A DNA stretch of 64,000 nt, taken from positions 32,001-96,000 of the forward strand of contig CAVZQN010000005.1 of NCBI GenBank assembly GCA_963777505.1, written 5' to 3'. Below the pieces are notes generated by a model, which worked only from the letters and a program-made list of their open reading frames with translations, was not told where the DNA came from and did no database searches. The DNA is from an uncultured bacterium (lineage in GTDB: Bacteria > Acidobacteriota > HRBIN11 > JAKEFK01). A program made the translations under genes and the position numbers. Below are positions 29,578 through 38,758 of the stretch, one piece after another (within the stretch, counting starts at the first letter, position 1; every line of letters starts with the position of its first letter).

Positions 29578-30282
29578 TTAATCACGACTCCACGGTTTTC
29601 TGAAAGTCATCATGTTGGTAAATGAGCGGGTCGGATTCAGGAAAATCGCCAGAACATTACCCCAGTTAGGATGGTTAACATAAACGCGATCGATGACATG
29701 GTGTCGAAGCGCATCCTCACCGACAGACCATGCAATTCCCAGGGTTGGTGTGATAACCAAGTCACCCCATCCTTGCTTTATGTTTCCCAGCGAACTTTCA
29801 GAAATTGGACCGATCTCAAATAGAAGAGTATCTACAACTGCAAATCCAAATTGTCTCTTCTTTGCGCGGAAATATCCTTCATTCCAACCGAATTTGGCTT
29901 TTCTTGAAATCGGATCATTCAACCTGAAGATATTTGCAGCTCCCGATCCCTGCATTGGATGTGCAATGTAGTTGGTAAAGAATTTGCCGCCATCATCAAA
30001 ACGGGGCTTATTAAAAAGAAAGTTGACAGAATCGAACCAATCCTCTACAAATGGGCCGCTTAGCTGGTCGCGAGTTTTCTCTTCCGTTAATCGAAAGCCC
30101 TGTCGCAAACCAATAAACATCATGTGATCTGCAAACAGCTTGCTGTAATCTATCTTGTCACTAACAAGTTGGTCGGCGGTAATACTGAGATCGGATTGAG
30201 ATAACTCCGAATCTTCAGACCAAATGTTTGATGCACATATCGATAGACACACCACCATTATCAAAAGTTTCTTCTGTTTCAT
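29578..30282 (-). CDS. Exported/membrane hypothetical protein (DUF3943-like)
   Basis: Signal peptide; DDGGKFFTNYIAHPMQG, DLVITPTLG. Confidence 0.6.
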   Translation of the reverse strand: MKQKKLLIMVVCLSICASNIWSEDSELSQSDLSITADQLVSDKIDYSKLFADHMMFIGLRQGFRLTEEKTRDQLSGPFVEDWFDSVNFLFNKPRFDDGGKFFTNYIAHPMQGSGAANIFRLNDPISRKAKFGWNEGYFRAKKRQFGFAVVDTLLFEIGPISESSLGNIKQGWGDLVITPTLGIAWSVGEDALRHHVIDRVYVNHPNWGNVLAIFLNPTRSFTNMMTFRKPWSRD

Positions 30283-30521
30283 TACACACCCCCAAAGCGT
30301 TATGAAAGTGAGACAAGGCGAGATATTTTCGTTAAGCAAGTCATCTCAGATTCGCACTAATGCAACTACAATTCAACTAACCTCTACTGAAAAGGCAGAC
30401 CTCACCTCTATATGATTATTGCTCAACTCGGGGAGTGGAAGCGATCAGTATTATTCCCAGGGGAACAATCCTGAGGCTTTTCAGGTCCTTTAAGATAGGG
30501 TATTTTTGATTTTTTAGACGG

Positions 30522-30992
30522 TTATCCTTCGTAGGCACGTCTTAAAGTTTTGATGTCGAGTTTAGTCATTTTGAGGAGCGCATCCATGACTCTTTTCGAC
30601 CTCTCGGTATCCTTGCTTGTCATCATTTCATCCAGGCCTGATGGGACAATCTGCCATGATAGGCCATATTTATCTTTCACCCAGCCACAAGGCTGTTTTT
30701 CTCCGCCTTCAGAAAGTTGCTCCCACAGTTTGTCGATTTCTTCCTGTGTCTCGCAATTGACTAGAAGCGAAAAGCCTTCGTTGAACTTAAAATGTGGACC
30801 ACCATCCATTGCCATAAATTCGCGTCCATCGAGTTGGAATGTTGCATTGAGTAAGGATCCCTTCGGAAGCGGTCCACCGTCTCCCCAATGTACGATGTTT
30901 ACAACCTTTGAATTTGGAAAAAGCGAAACATAGAAATTAACTGCTTCTTCTGCGCGATCCTTAAACGTTAAGAATGTTGTAACCTTTTGCAT
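30522..30992 (-). CDS. VOC family protein (PhnB / 3-demethylubiquinone-9 3-methyltransferase-like)
   Basis: MQKVTTFL, CGWVKDKYGLSWQIVP. Confidence 0.9.
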   Translation of the reverse strand: MQKVTTFLTFKDRAEEAVNFYVSLFPNSKVVNIVHWGDGGPLPKGSLLNATFQLDGREFMAMDGGPHFKFNEGFSLLVNCETQEEIDKLWEQLSEGGEKQPCGWVKDKYGLSWQIVPSGLDEMMTSKDTERSKRVMDALLKMTKLDIKTLRRAYEG

Positions 30993-31020
30993 AGAGTACT
31001 CCTTAATATCGTTCATCCTA

Positions 31021-31049
31021 TAGTCGCTCGGAATGCCATCAAATCGACA
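31021..31049 (-). promoter_or_regulatory. ECF42-type promoter TGTCGA-N17-CGACTA
   Basis: About 30 bp upstream of the VOC start. Confidence 0.78.
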
Positions 31050-31113
31050 AAATCTTTGACCACCAATACCAATATTTGGTGATTCATGCACTCTTCTTCA
31101 ATAGAGGTGAGTT

Positions 31114-31437
31114 ATGCCGATCAGACCTATAGGTACACCGACGTCTATCAATACAAACATTGAAACCAATGAACCATCAACAAAGGCAGTATCAAAAGGA
31201 GTTGGCGATATTCCAGATTCCTTTGAACAGCTTCAAGGAACGGTTTCACAACCCATCATTGGAATGATGATTGGAAACGCTGTTGGGGAGGGGTCAAATA
31301 ATGGAGATGAAGCGCCGGTCAAGTCACAGAGTGCGAATGAACAGGCAATGGAGGGAGCAAAGAAACAAAAGGAACTGATTGAGGATCAGAAAGAGCCGCG
31401 ACGCCAAACGTATTCTTTAAAACGCGATCCTGATTAA
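31114..31437 (+). CDS. Small disordered hypothetical protein
   Basis: GAGGTG RBS; MPIRPIGTPTS..DSFE N-terminus. Confidence 0.55.
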   Translation: MPIRPIGTPTSINTNIETNEPSTKAVSKGVGDIPDSFEQLQGTVSQPIIGMMIGNAVGEGSNNGDEAPVKSQSANEQAMEGAKKQKELIEDQKEPRRQTYSLKRDPD

Positions 31438-31493
31438 CCTGGCTAGAACGATGTTTTCTCCACGACTTCAATGTGGGAATGTACAATCAGAAG

Positions 31494-32524
31494 ATGGTGG
31501 ATTCGGCCAGTGACGCAGTTCTTCTTGAATTGTTGAAAGCAGGGATGAAGAGAGAGAATCTTGCCTTTCAAAATTAATCTCCACTCATGCCGAACCCGTA
31601 ATAAAAAAAATTGTCTACTATCGTTTAAATGTTTCATCCGATTATTCCAACACGAACGAATCATGGGATGCGGCAGATGTTTGTGGCAATGCTCTAACCC
31701 AGGTGTTGTCTCAGGTATCCAAATTCAGTGAGAATCCAGAAAAATATCCGATCAGAGATTTTCGTGCTTACACCGCAGTCGTTGCCCATCATGCATGCAA
31801 TCAATATTTTCGACAAAAATTTCCCAAACGAACTCAGCTCAGCAATAGACTGAGATATTTAATGAACCATAAAGACCAATTTGCTTCATGGACAATCGAT
31901 GACAGGCTTGTTTGCGGTTTCCAACGCTATCGAGAAAGCTCCCCCATTGCTCTTACACAAGAAACAATCAATACAAACAAATTAGGCCTGAATACAACGG
32001 CCGATATGAGCCCGGCCAAACTTTTTGCGTTATTAATAAATGTGTTCGAAATTCTAAAAGCTCCGTTGTATTTTGATGATCTGATCAAGCTCATGATCGA
32101 TCTCATTGGGATCCATGAATTAAGACAAGTAGAAGAAGCAGGAACGGAAAAGGAAAGTATTTTAGAGCGAATCGAAGATCAGCGAATGGATACTTCAACA
32201 GAAATTGAGCATCGTCATTATTTGAAAAAACTTTGGAGTGAAATGATCATTCTCCCTTTACGCCAGCGGACAGCGTTGTTTTTGAGTATCCGTGATGAAG
32301 AAGGAAGCAGCGTTTTGCATCTTATTCCTGTAACACGAATTGCATCGATCCATGCTATCGCTGAGTGCCTGGTGCTTTCACCTGAAGACTTTGCGAGTAT
32401 GTGGGATAAGCTTCCACTGGAAGACAATGAAATTGCTTTGCGCATGGGCATTACCAGACAGCAAGTGATTAACTTACGGAGATCTGCAAGAGAAAGACTT
32501 GCAAGGAGAATGAAACCATTTTAG
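31494..32524 (+). CDS. Extended ECF-like sigma factor, frameshifted near 31542-31544
   Basis: Region-4-like EIALRMGITRQQVINLRRSARERL. The reading frame extends upstream of 31703 to about 31544 and joins the ATG at 31494 if one G is added. Confidence 0.7.
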
Positions 32525-32585
32525 GAATATCTTTTGAAATCCCTGCTCTTATTAGATTAGAGGGAATGGACCACATAAATCAGGA

Positions 32586-33899
32586 TTGGACCGAACAGTG
32601 AGCGTTCATTTAACTGACAAGGAAATCCGAAAATATCACGAACACAGCCTTACCGCTCAAAGGGTACTGACAGCCGATCTTCATCTAAATGAGTGTGAAG
32701 AGTGTGCGAAGAAACTGCATGAACTATCTGTCTTATCCATAACAAAAAGGATCAGCAATTTGCGTCGAGATTTTCACGAAACTGGGAGATTAGAACACGA
32801 TCATATTTCATATGAGGAATTGGAAGCTCTTACAGATGGCAAACTGGATGACGTGGAACGTGAGATTGTTCAGAGTCATATTGAGTTGTGTTCACAGTGC
32901 CGCAAAGAGGCAGAGGATCTCCGCAATTTTCGAAGTAGTTTCATTCAAGAAGCAGGACAAGATACCGGACGTGTAATTCCATGGCATCGTAACGCAATCG
33001 GCATTGTTTTGAGAATGGCTGGTGCCGCTGCAATGATCGCCATTGTTGTCTGGGCCGCAACATTGCCGATGCGAGATCGCATTAAAGTGTTAGAGGCGCA
33101 ACTCAAAGAAGCCAAAGAAGAAAATGTACGATCGATGCTTAAGAATTCCGAATTGCTCCAGGAATCAAAGGAATTGCAAACGGAAATTGCTGAATTGAAA
33201 GGATCTCAATCGCAAATTTCAATCACCGCATCGCTCAATGATAAAGGCTCTGTGGTGAGCCTGGACAAGCAGGGAAATATCGCAGGAATTACTTCTGCTT
33301 CACCGCTGTTTTTGGAAATGGCAAAAGATGCTTTGAAAAAACAAACGGTTGAAACACCTGCATTCCTTGCTGGATTGATCGGCAAACAGGGAATACTGCT
33401 TGGGGAATCAAACAATGGACCTCCATTTGAATTGATTGCACCTGTCGGCACTGTTTTGATGGAAGGTCGTCCAAATTTTCAATGGAAATCTCTGAAAGAT
33501 GCATCAGGATATCGCGTGCGTGTATATGACAAAAATTTTAAAGATGTCGCTGCAAGCGAAGTGATCAAGAATACAAACTGGATTCCACCGAATACTCTTC
33601 AGAGAGGGGAGACCTTCAATTGGGTTGTAACTGCATATGTTGCTGATAAGGAAGTCTCATCACCAGTGCCGCCGGCACCCGAAGCACGATTCAGAATACT
33701 AGATTCTGCTCAGTACAAACAGTTGCAGCAATTAAAACAAGATCTCACAAAATCACATCTACTAGCGGGATTGGCATATGCACAACTGGGTTTGCTGGAT
33801 GATTCGATTCTAGAATTCCAGCAGCTTGTCAATGACAATCCGGATTCACCCATCGCGAAGAAATTATTAGGCCGCGTCGAAGCCCTCCGCAAAAAATAA
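32586..33899 (+). CDS. Zinc-finger anti-sigma factor with TM segment, coiled coil and extracytoplasmic domain
   Basis: Two HxxxCxxC motifs (HLNECEEC, HIELCSQC) and a TM helix; follows the sigma gene. Confidence 0.78.
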   Translation: MDRTVSVHLTDKEIRKYHEHSLTAQRVLTADLHLNECEECAKKLHELSVLSITKRISNLRRDFHETGRLEHDHISYEELEALTDGKLDDVEREIVQSHIELCSQCRKEAEDLRNFRSSFIQEAGQDTGRVIPWHRNAIGIVLRMAGAAAMIAIVVWAATLPMRDRIKVLEAQLKEAKEENVRSMLKNSELLQESKELQTEIAELKGSQSQISITASLNDKGSVVSLDKQGNIAGITSASPLFLEMAKDALKKQTVETPAFLAGLIGKQGILLGESNNGPPFELIAPVGTVLMEGRPNFQWKSLKDASGYRVRVYDKNFKDVAASEVIKNTNWIPPNTLQRGETFNWVVTAYVADKEVSSPVPPAPEARFRILDSAQYKQLQQLKQDLTKSHLLAGLAYAQLGLLDDSILEFQQLVNDNPDSPIAKKLLGRVEALRKK

Positions 33900-33951
33900 A
33901 CTCTGCGTTTCGGCGGTTAATCTCAATTCTGACCGAGCCCTACTATATCGT

Positions 33952-33980
33952 TGTCGATTTTATGCTTTTCCAAACGACTA
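33952..33980 (+). promoter_or_regulatory. ECF42-type promoter TGTCGA-N17-CGACTA
   Basis: Upstream of an AAGGAG RBS and of the ECF42 sigma gene. Confidence 0.78.
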
Positions 33981-34014
33981 TTCAGTGTACGAATAATAAT
34001 AAGGAGAAAATAAG

Positions 34015-34206
34015 GTGTTGACCTTCGGCCCAACTCGATCAGGAGTCAGAATCGGATCCAAAGAAGAATGGCTCGAGGCGCGTCTGAAACGGATCTGGAA
34101 AAATCGGAAGAACTGGAATCATGTTGAGGCGAATCGTCCAGAAAGCAAAGTTGAGCCTGTACAGGTCGGCAAACTTCCACTCCTGAGCATTAACAGAATT
34201 GCATAG
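34015..34206 (+). pseudogene. Short ORF, possible DUF899 N-terminal remnant
   Basis: Good RBS; IGSKEEWLEARL resembles the DUF899 N-terminus, then the sequence diverges. Confidence 0.4.
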
Positions 34207-34223
34207 TACTATAAATATAGTAC
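34204..34223. repeat. AT-rich double palindrome, copy 4 (TAGTACTATAAATATAGTAC)
   Basis: Supplies the TAG stop of the short ORF. Confidence 0.72.
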
Positions 34224-34346
34224 GCAATGGTACACTTTGGCCGGATCACCCACCCAAACAGGAATCAAATTGTCATTTAGCGCCACGAAACTGAAGGCGA
34301 TCTCACTTCCGCCCTGGCATCGGTATAATAAGAAGCAGGTGATCCC

Positions 34347-35606
34347 ATGGCGGAAAATATCCCTCCCGAAAAAATGCAGGAAACGGTGGAAGCCGTCTAT
34401 CATTCTGAATCGCGGCGGGTTCTTGCAACTTTAATCCGGTTGCTTGGAGACTTCGATCTTGCCGAAGATGCGCTTCATGATGCATTTGCTGCTGCATTAA
34501 ATCAATGGCCGAAAGATGGTGTCCCAGCAAATCCAAGGGCATGGTTAGTTTCGACCGGCCGATTTAAAGCGATTGATAACATCCGCCGCCGTGCAAGATT
34601 TGATGCATCGCTTGGCGAATTTGCTGATCGCCTGAATGTGGACACCAGCGGTGGCATCCAGATGGACAATGTAGCCGTTGCTGATGATCAATTGCGGCTC
34701 ATCTTCACATGTTGTCATCCCGCTTTACCTCCTGATGCCCGTATTGCACTTACATTGCGTGAAGTTTGTGGTCTCACAACTGAAGAAATTGCACGCGCTT
34801 TTCTTGTTACTGCTCCAACTGTTGCTCAGCGGATTGTTCGCGCAAAAGCAAAAATTCGAGATGCCGGCATTCCTTATCAAGTGCCATCCTTATCTGATCT
34901 TCCGGAGCGTTTGAACACAGTACTCCATGTGATCTACCTTGTATTTAACGAAGGATACTCTGCGTCATCCGGTGATTCATTAACACGAGCAGATCTTTCC
35001 GCTGAAGCGATCCGTCTTGGGCGGCTTCTTGTGGAATTGCTCCCGGAGCCGGAAGTGATGGGACTTCTAGCGCTGATGATCCTTCATGAATCGCGGCGCA
35101 TCGCGCGATCGGATGAAAATGGTGAATTGATTCTGCTTGAAAAGCAGGATCGCAAACTCTGGAATCAAGATCAAATTGCAGAAGGATCCGCACTCCTGGA
35201 GCGTGCTTTCTCTTCGCGAAGACGATTCGGTCCATACACACTTCAAGCTGCAATTGCGTCTGTGCATGCTGATGCAAAGAACGCAGATGCAACGGACTGG
35301 ACCCAAATTGTGGCATTGTATGATGTTCTGATGCGGGTGGAACCTTCACCGATTGTTGAATTGAACCGTGCTGCAGCCGTAGCGATGCGCGATGGACCAG
35401 AAGCCGGAATTGCACTGATTGATGAAATTCTCGGGCGTGGAGATCTGGAAGCATATCATCTTACACATTCAGCTCGTGCCGATCTATGTCGTCGCCTTGG
35501 AAGAAAAAAAGAGGCTAAAGCTTCCTACGAACGTGCTTTAGAATTGGCCCGTCAAGAACCCGAACGCCGGTTTATTCAGCGGCGCCTCGATGAACTGCAG
35601 AGTTAA
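34347..35606 (+). CDS. ECF sigma factor with C-terminal TPR extension (ECF42/DUF6596 type)
   Basis: DLAEDALHDAF, DDQLRLIFTCCHP, YLVFNEGY, GPYTLQAAIA; adjacent to YciI. Confidence 0.92.
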   Translation: MAENIPPEKMQETVEAVYHSESRRVLATLIRLLGDFDLAEDALHDAFAAALNQWPKDGVPANPRAWLVSTGRFKAIDNIRRRARFDASLGEFADRLNVDTSGGIQMDNVAVADDQLRLIFTCCHPALPPDARIALTLREVCGLTTEEIARAFLVTAPTVAQRIVRAKAKIRDAGIPYQVPSLSDLPERLNTVLHVIYLVFNEGYSASSGDSLTRADLSAEAIRLGRLLVELLPEPEVMGLLALMILHESRRIARSDENGELILLEKQDRKLWNQDQIAEGSALLERAFSSRRRFGPYTLQAAIASVHADAKNADATDWTQIVALYDVLMRVEPSPIVELNRAAAVAMRDGPEAGIALIDEILGRGDLEAYHLTHSARADLCRRLGRKKEAKASYERALELARQEPERRFIQRRLDELQS

Positions 35607-35615
35607 ACTTTTGGT

Positions 35616-35644
35616 TGTCTATTTTGTATTTTGCAAAACGACTA
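35616..35644 (+). promoter_or_regulatory. ECF42-type promoter variant TGTCTA-N17-CGACTA
   Basis: Upstream of the YciI gene. Confidence 0.68.
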
Positions 35645-35681
35645 TTTAATAAATTGACGGGCTCTATTTGGAGGATTTTTT

Positions 35682-36047
35682 ATGAAGTATATGTGCCTGA
35701 TCTATTATGACGATAAAAAGCTGGACGCTCTCCCCAAGAACGAATATGACTCACTTGTTGATGAAGCTTTGGAATATGATGAAGAGCTTCAGAAAAGTGG
35801 AAACAGCTTAGCGCGCGGCGCCCTACAGTCAGTACACACTGCAACCTCCATCCGTATCCAAAACGGAAAGTTAGTGATTACCGATGGTCCCTTCGTTGAA
35901 ACAAAAGAACAACTTGGAGGCATCGTTGTCATTGAAGCAAGAGACCTGAATGAAGCCATTCATATGGCATCGAAACTTCCACCGGCGCGACTCGGTGGTG
36001 TCGAAGTTCGGCCTATCAGGGAATTAAGCAAAAGTTCAAGGAAATGA
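35682..36047 (+). CDS. YciI/DGPF family protein
   Basis: TDGPFVETKEQLGG, VEVRP. Confidence 0.92.
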   Translation: MKYMCLIYYDDKKLDALPKNEYDSLVDEALEYDEELQKSGNSLARGALQSVHTATSIRIQNGKLVITDGPFVETKEQLGGIVVIEARDLNEAIHMASKLPPARLGGVEVRPIRELSKSSRK

Positions 36048-36074
36048 TTCGATCTGCGCGGTAAAAAGAATGCA

Positions 36075-36452
36075 ATGACCTCTTCAGAATTTTTAATTAC
36101 CTATCCAAAGAACCTTCGAGTGATCACAGAGCGCGTTCGCGATTTAGTGCGTTCTACATTTCCATCAGCGCAGGAAAAAGTCTACACAGGCTGGAAACTA
36201 ATCGGATACAGGTTACCTGCCGGTAAAAAGAGTCGATATTTCTGCTGCATTGTTCCCCAGAAGAAAGAAAATGATGTTTTGCTAGGATTCGAATATGGCA
36301 TCGCGATGCAGGACCCGAAAAATCTCATGGAAGGGAAGGGAACTAAAGTACGGTTTGTGCGGATCAAAAAGAACCATCAATACAACGATGAAGACCTGGT
36401 CTGGTTGATTGAGGAAGGAGCTAAAGTAGCATTGGACTTCAGGTCTATGTAG
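36075..36452 (+). CDS. DUF1801 family protein
   Basis: EKVYTGWKLIGY, MEGKGTKVRFV. Confidence 0.78.
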   Translation: MTSSEFLITYPKNLRVITERVRDLVRSTFPSAQEKVYTGWKLIGYRLPAGKKSRYFCCIVPQKKENDVLLGFEYGIAMQDPKNLMEGKGTKVRFVRIKKNHQYNDEDLVWLIEEGAKVALDFRSM

Positions 36453-36460
36453 AAAAAAAG

Positions 36461-37036
36461 ATGATAGATAAAGATGAAATTGTTCTGGCATTTCAATCTC
36501 AAAAAGATTGGAGACGATGGCTTGCGAAAAGCCATTCCACTTCAAATGGGATCTGGTTGAGACTTTTCAAAAAAGCCTCAGGTGTTGCGACAGTTACGCA
36601 TGATGAAGCTCTAGACGAGGCTTTGTGTTACGGGTGGATTGATGGTCAGGTAAAAAAATATGATGAAACTTCCTGGCTTCAGAAATTTACACCGCGGCGC
36701 ACGAAAAGCATTTGGTCTAAACGGAACAGAGATCATACTGCCCGGCTGATTTCACTTGGAAAAATGACTCCAGCAGGTTTGAAAGAGATAGAAACAGCCA
36801 AAGCAGACGGACGCTGGGAACAGGCGTATGATTCACCAGCGGCAATGCAAATGCCTCAGGATTTTTTAAAAGAGCTTTCAAAAAACAAAAAAGCAAAAGC
36901 ATTTTATGAAAGTCTGAACAAAGCAAACACCTATTCGATTCTGTGGAGGCTTCAGACTGCAAAAAAACCTGAGACGCGAGAAAAACGCATGAAAGCAATC
37001 CTCGAAATGTTAAAACAGGGTAAGAAGTTTCATTGA
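36461..37036 (+). CDS. YdeI/OmpD-associated family protein
   Basis: ALCYGWIDG, FTPRR..SIWS, AKKPETREKR. Confidence 0.9.
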   Translation: MIDKDEIVLAFQSQKDWRRWLAKSHSTSNGIWLRLFKKASGVATVTHDEALDEALCYGWIDGQVKKYDETSWLQKFTPRRTKSIWSKRNRDHTARLISLGKMTPAGLKEIETAKADGRWEQAYDSPAAMQMPQDFLKELSKNKKAKAFYESLNKANTYSILWRLQTAKKPETREKRMKAILEMLKQGKKFH

Positions 37037-37051
37037 GCGGGGCTATTCTTT

Positions 37052-38690
37052 TTATTGGTTTCTGGCTAAACCAGATTGGCGTGCCTGACGTCTTGCAACC
37101 ATCAATTCGCGCTGAACGATTTCGGGCTGATTGTTAATCTTTAATCTTTCTTCGAGGATTGGAATTGCGATATCGGGACGTCCGGCCATGCGCCATGCGA
37201 CTCCAAGATTGAAAAGCGCATACGCGTACGAAACATCTTTTGTGCCTTGGGGAAAGGAGCGTACCGATTGCTCTAGTAGCGGAATCGCTTCTGAAGGGCG
37301 TCCAGCTTTAATCAATGTATAACCTTTGCTATTTAAGAAACGTCCTCTCAGGATTCTCTGCTGGTCATTCAACTCAAGCGCTCGCTGTGTTGATGCTGGC
37401 ATTGATGGATCAGGTTCCTGATCCTCCACGATCCCTGTCTCGATTTCGGTTGGCACTGCTTCGATGATTTCCGATTCTTCGGAAGGTTTAGGCGCTGGAA
37501 CACTTCTAATTTGTTTCTTTGGCCTTGATGTAATTTCACTTTTCGATTGAGCCGGCGATTCCGGCTTGGGAGATAAATTCGTTTTTTCTTTTAACTGTGG
37601 AACGTTAGGAGTTATTTCTGGATTGTTTGCATCATTTTCCTGAATAGGTGTGGGCTGGGAGAAACTCTGCTGCCACACAAAGAGCAAGAGGAGAAGAACA
37701 ACAACAGCTCCAGTCGCTGTACCGATTACAACTTTCGCGCGTCTTAATTTGGAGTAATTAAAATGTTCCTTAACATCTTTTCCGCATAGCGGACATAAAA
37801 CTGAATGATCCGGGATCAATTTGGAACAGTGTGAACAATAACGTCTCATGATCAAGATCTGGCAATGAGGACAATTGATGTCATCGGGTTTAATGGCTCC
37901 GCCACACTGCAAACAGATGGAACCATCGATTTCTCTTTCAGGTTCATCTTCAGATAATTGAATCCGCAGTGGTTCTGTTTTTTGAGTTTCTTCTATCGGA
38001 AATATTATCTTTTGAGTGTCCTCTTCGAGATGGTGAACGGCTGGTGCAATTTCAGCTGGTGCAATTTCAGCTGGAGCAATTTCAGCTGGAGCAATTTCAG
38101 CTGGAGCAATTTCAGCTGGAGCAATTTCAGCTGGAGCAATTTCAGCTGGAGCAATTTCAGCTGGAGCAACTTCAGCTGGAGCAACTTCAGCTGGATCAAC
38201 TTCAGCTGGAGCAATTTCAGCTGGAGCAATTTCAGCTGGAGCAATTTCAGCTGGAGCAATTTCAGCTGGATGCAACTTCAGCTGGTGCAACTTCAGCTGG
38301 CGCAATTTCAGCCGGTTCCATTTCAGGCGTTTCGCTTTTCTTCAGAACTGATTTCAATAACGCGGATGAAACGAAGTTATTTGCAGAAAGAGACAATGCA
38401 TTTTCGCCTGCAGCATTCACAAATTCTGCGTTTGCACCTGCGTCGATCAGGATCTCGACAATATTGACGGAGCCGCAGGCAGCTGCACTCATCAATGGTG
38501 TGCGTCCATTTTCATCCACGGCATTCACATCGGCTCCAAGCTGAATCAAGTCCGCAGCCATTTCCGCATCCTTTAAAAGTATGGCAACGGATAAGCCTTT
38601 TGATTTTGAAATTGGAAAGCCGCAAGTGAGACACATCAGAGCGCTCGATGAAACCTGGGAGGAACACTCCGGGCACTGCACTAAAGACAC
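37052..38690 (-). CDS. Zinc-ribbon + ankyrin + (PAEIA)n + double zinc-ribbon + TM + TPR protein, frameshifted near 38270
   Basis: ORF 38262-38690 (CPEC..CLTC, GADVNAVDENGRTPLM) continues into ORF 37052-38305 if one base in the repeat is removed. Confidence 0.75.
38040..38316. repeat. 15-bp tandem repeat of about 18 units encoding PAE(I/V)A
   Basis: Unit GCAATTTCAGCTGGA on the + strand. Confidence 0.95.
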
Positions 38691-38758
38691 TGAATGACTC
38701 CTTTTAACTACTTTTAATTATAAGCACCTAAAACAGCAATTGGGTTACAACGGTGCTT

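Noticed and set aside
38040-38316. Possible CRISPR array
   Set aside because: Contiguous 15-bp units with no unique spacers, in frame within a CDS, and no cas genes in the window.
37958-38544. Plus-strand ORFs (NFSWS)n and (QFQLE)n that resemble pentapeptide-repeat proteins
   Set aside because: Shadow frames of the tandem repeat; the minus-strand frame links real domains on both sides.
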